Shown here: piece after piece, positions 63,300 through 64,000 of the stretch
Layout: every line of letters starts with the position of its first letter
Numbering within the stretch: the stretch's first letter is position 1
Notes under the pieces: generated by a model
The model's database searches: none
What the model was told of the DNA's origin: nothing
Seen by the model: only the letters and a program-made list of their open reading frames with translations
NCBI GenBank assembly: GCA_965112155.1
Contig: OZ218107.1
From: Podarcis liolepis
Taxonomy: Eukaryota
Strand: one strand, 5' to 3'
DNA: 64,000 nt
Made by a program: the position numbers and the translations under genes

Positions 63300-63961
63300 T
63301 TTGGGCCCAACCTGGGAAGATAAGTCATGAGAGAATGAGTCTATTAGGCTGCGGGGGGGGGGGGTCCTCACCCCTGGCTTAAAGGATCCAGTTGTGGGTT
63401 GGGAGAAAAATGTGTGGGATGTAAACACAGGAGCAGTCAATGACAACATTCCTAGAGTGTACATGTTACAACATGGGGAGGGATGTCTGTCCAGCAAGCA
63501 GGTAAACTTCCTGGGGACGGACTTCCTCCGCATGTGACCAGAGGTGGGTGTGGCCTCACCTGTGCAGGTAATGACAAAAGCACAGGGCAGGCAGCCATCT
63601 CTCTCTCTCTGCCATCACCTTTCGAAGAAGCAGGATGCCCTCTTGGCTCTCAGCCAAGAGAGGAGAGGGCTATCTTCCTATAAGATAGATTCTAAGTGTA
63701 TTTTACCTTTTTAAGCCTGTCTGCCGTCTGGGATCATATTGTGAACAGATCGTGAGTAAACTCTTTTATACTTTTATAAAGACTGTGTTGTGTCTTGTAT
63801 TTTAAGAGGGAACAAGGGGGAAATTACCAGAGTAATTATTATAGAGGTTCTAGCGAACCTGTGCACACGTTACCGTTGTGTACTTAAAGGGGAATGTATA
63901 TAAACTCTGCTGGTATTTTGGGAACCTGTTAGCACAAGTTGGATTAGGATATAATCTCACA
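63300..63961 (+). mobile_element. LTR-like element; 5' boundary uncertain
   Basis: Ends ...ctcACA followed by atat, like the 7494 LTR; LTR-like U5 gtaaactc..tgtgttgtgtcttgtatttt. Confidence 0.35.
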
Positions 63962-64000
63962 ATATATCCTCTCCTGCACCCCAGAACATTCCCACAAAAT

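Overview
Vertebrate non-coding DNA, almost certainly from a lacertid lizard, judged from recalled repeat-family consensus sequences (Sauria/Squam1, Squam2- and Squam3-type SINEs, L2 and CR1 LINE relics, Tc/mariner and hAT MITEs, a Penelope-type fragment). I found no intact host protein-coding gene, rRNA, tRNA or CRISPR array. The only recognisable protein-like ORFs are decayed LINE ORF2 pieces: L2 at about 20.5-21.3 kb and 49.3-49.8 kb, CR1 at about 31.1-31.5 kb and 46.3-47.1 kb. The window looks like a large intron or gene desert with TE-poor, homeodomain-motif-rich blocks (candidate conserved enhancers), two TSD-flanked solo LTRs and a 179-bp assembly gap. Most notable: (1) a young, TSD-flanked 96-bp inverted Penelope pLTR pair carrying a minimal hammerhead ribozyme on each strand, one with an intact core and one mutated, nested in a Tc2-type MITE; (2) two candidate + strand exons that would splice into a 32-aa micro-ORF; (3) an unexplained ~90-nt stem-loop with C/D-like boxes at 23.4 kb; (4) a MITE built from four alternating GC-rich hairpins. 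Family names come from recall, not from a database search.
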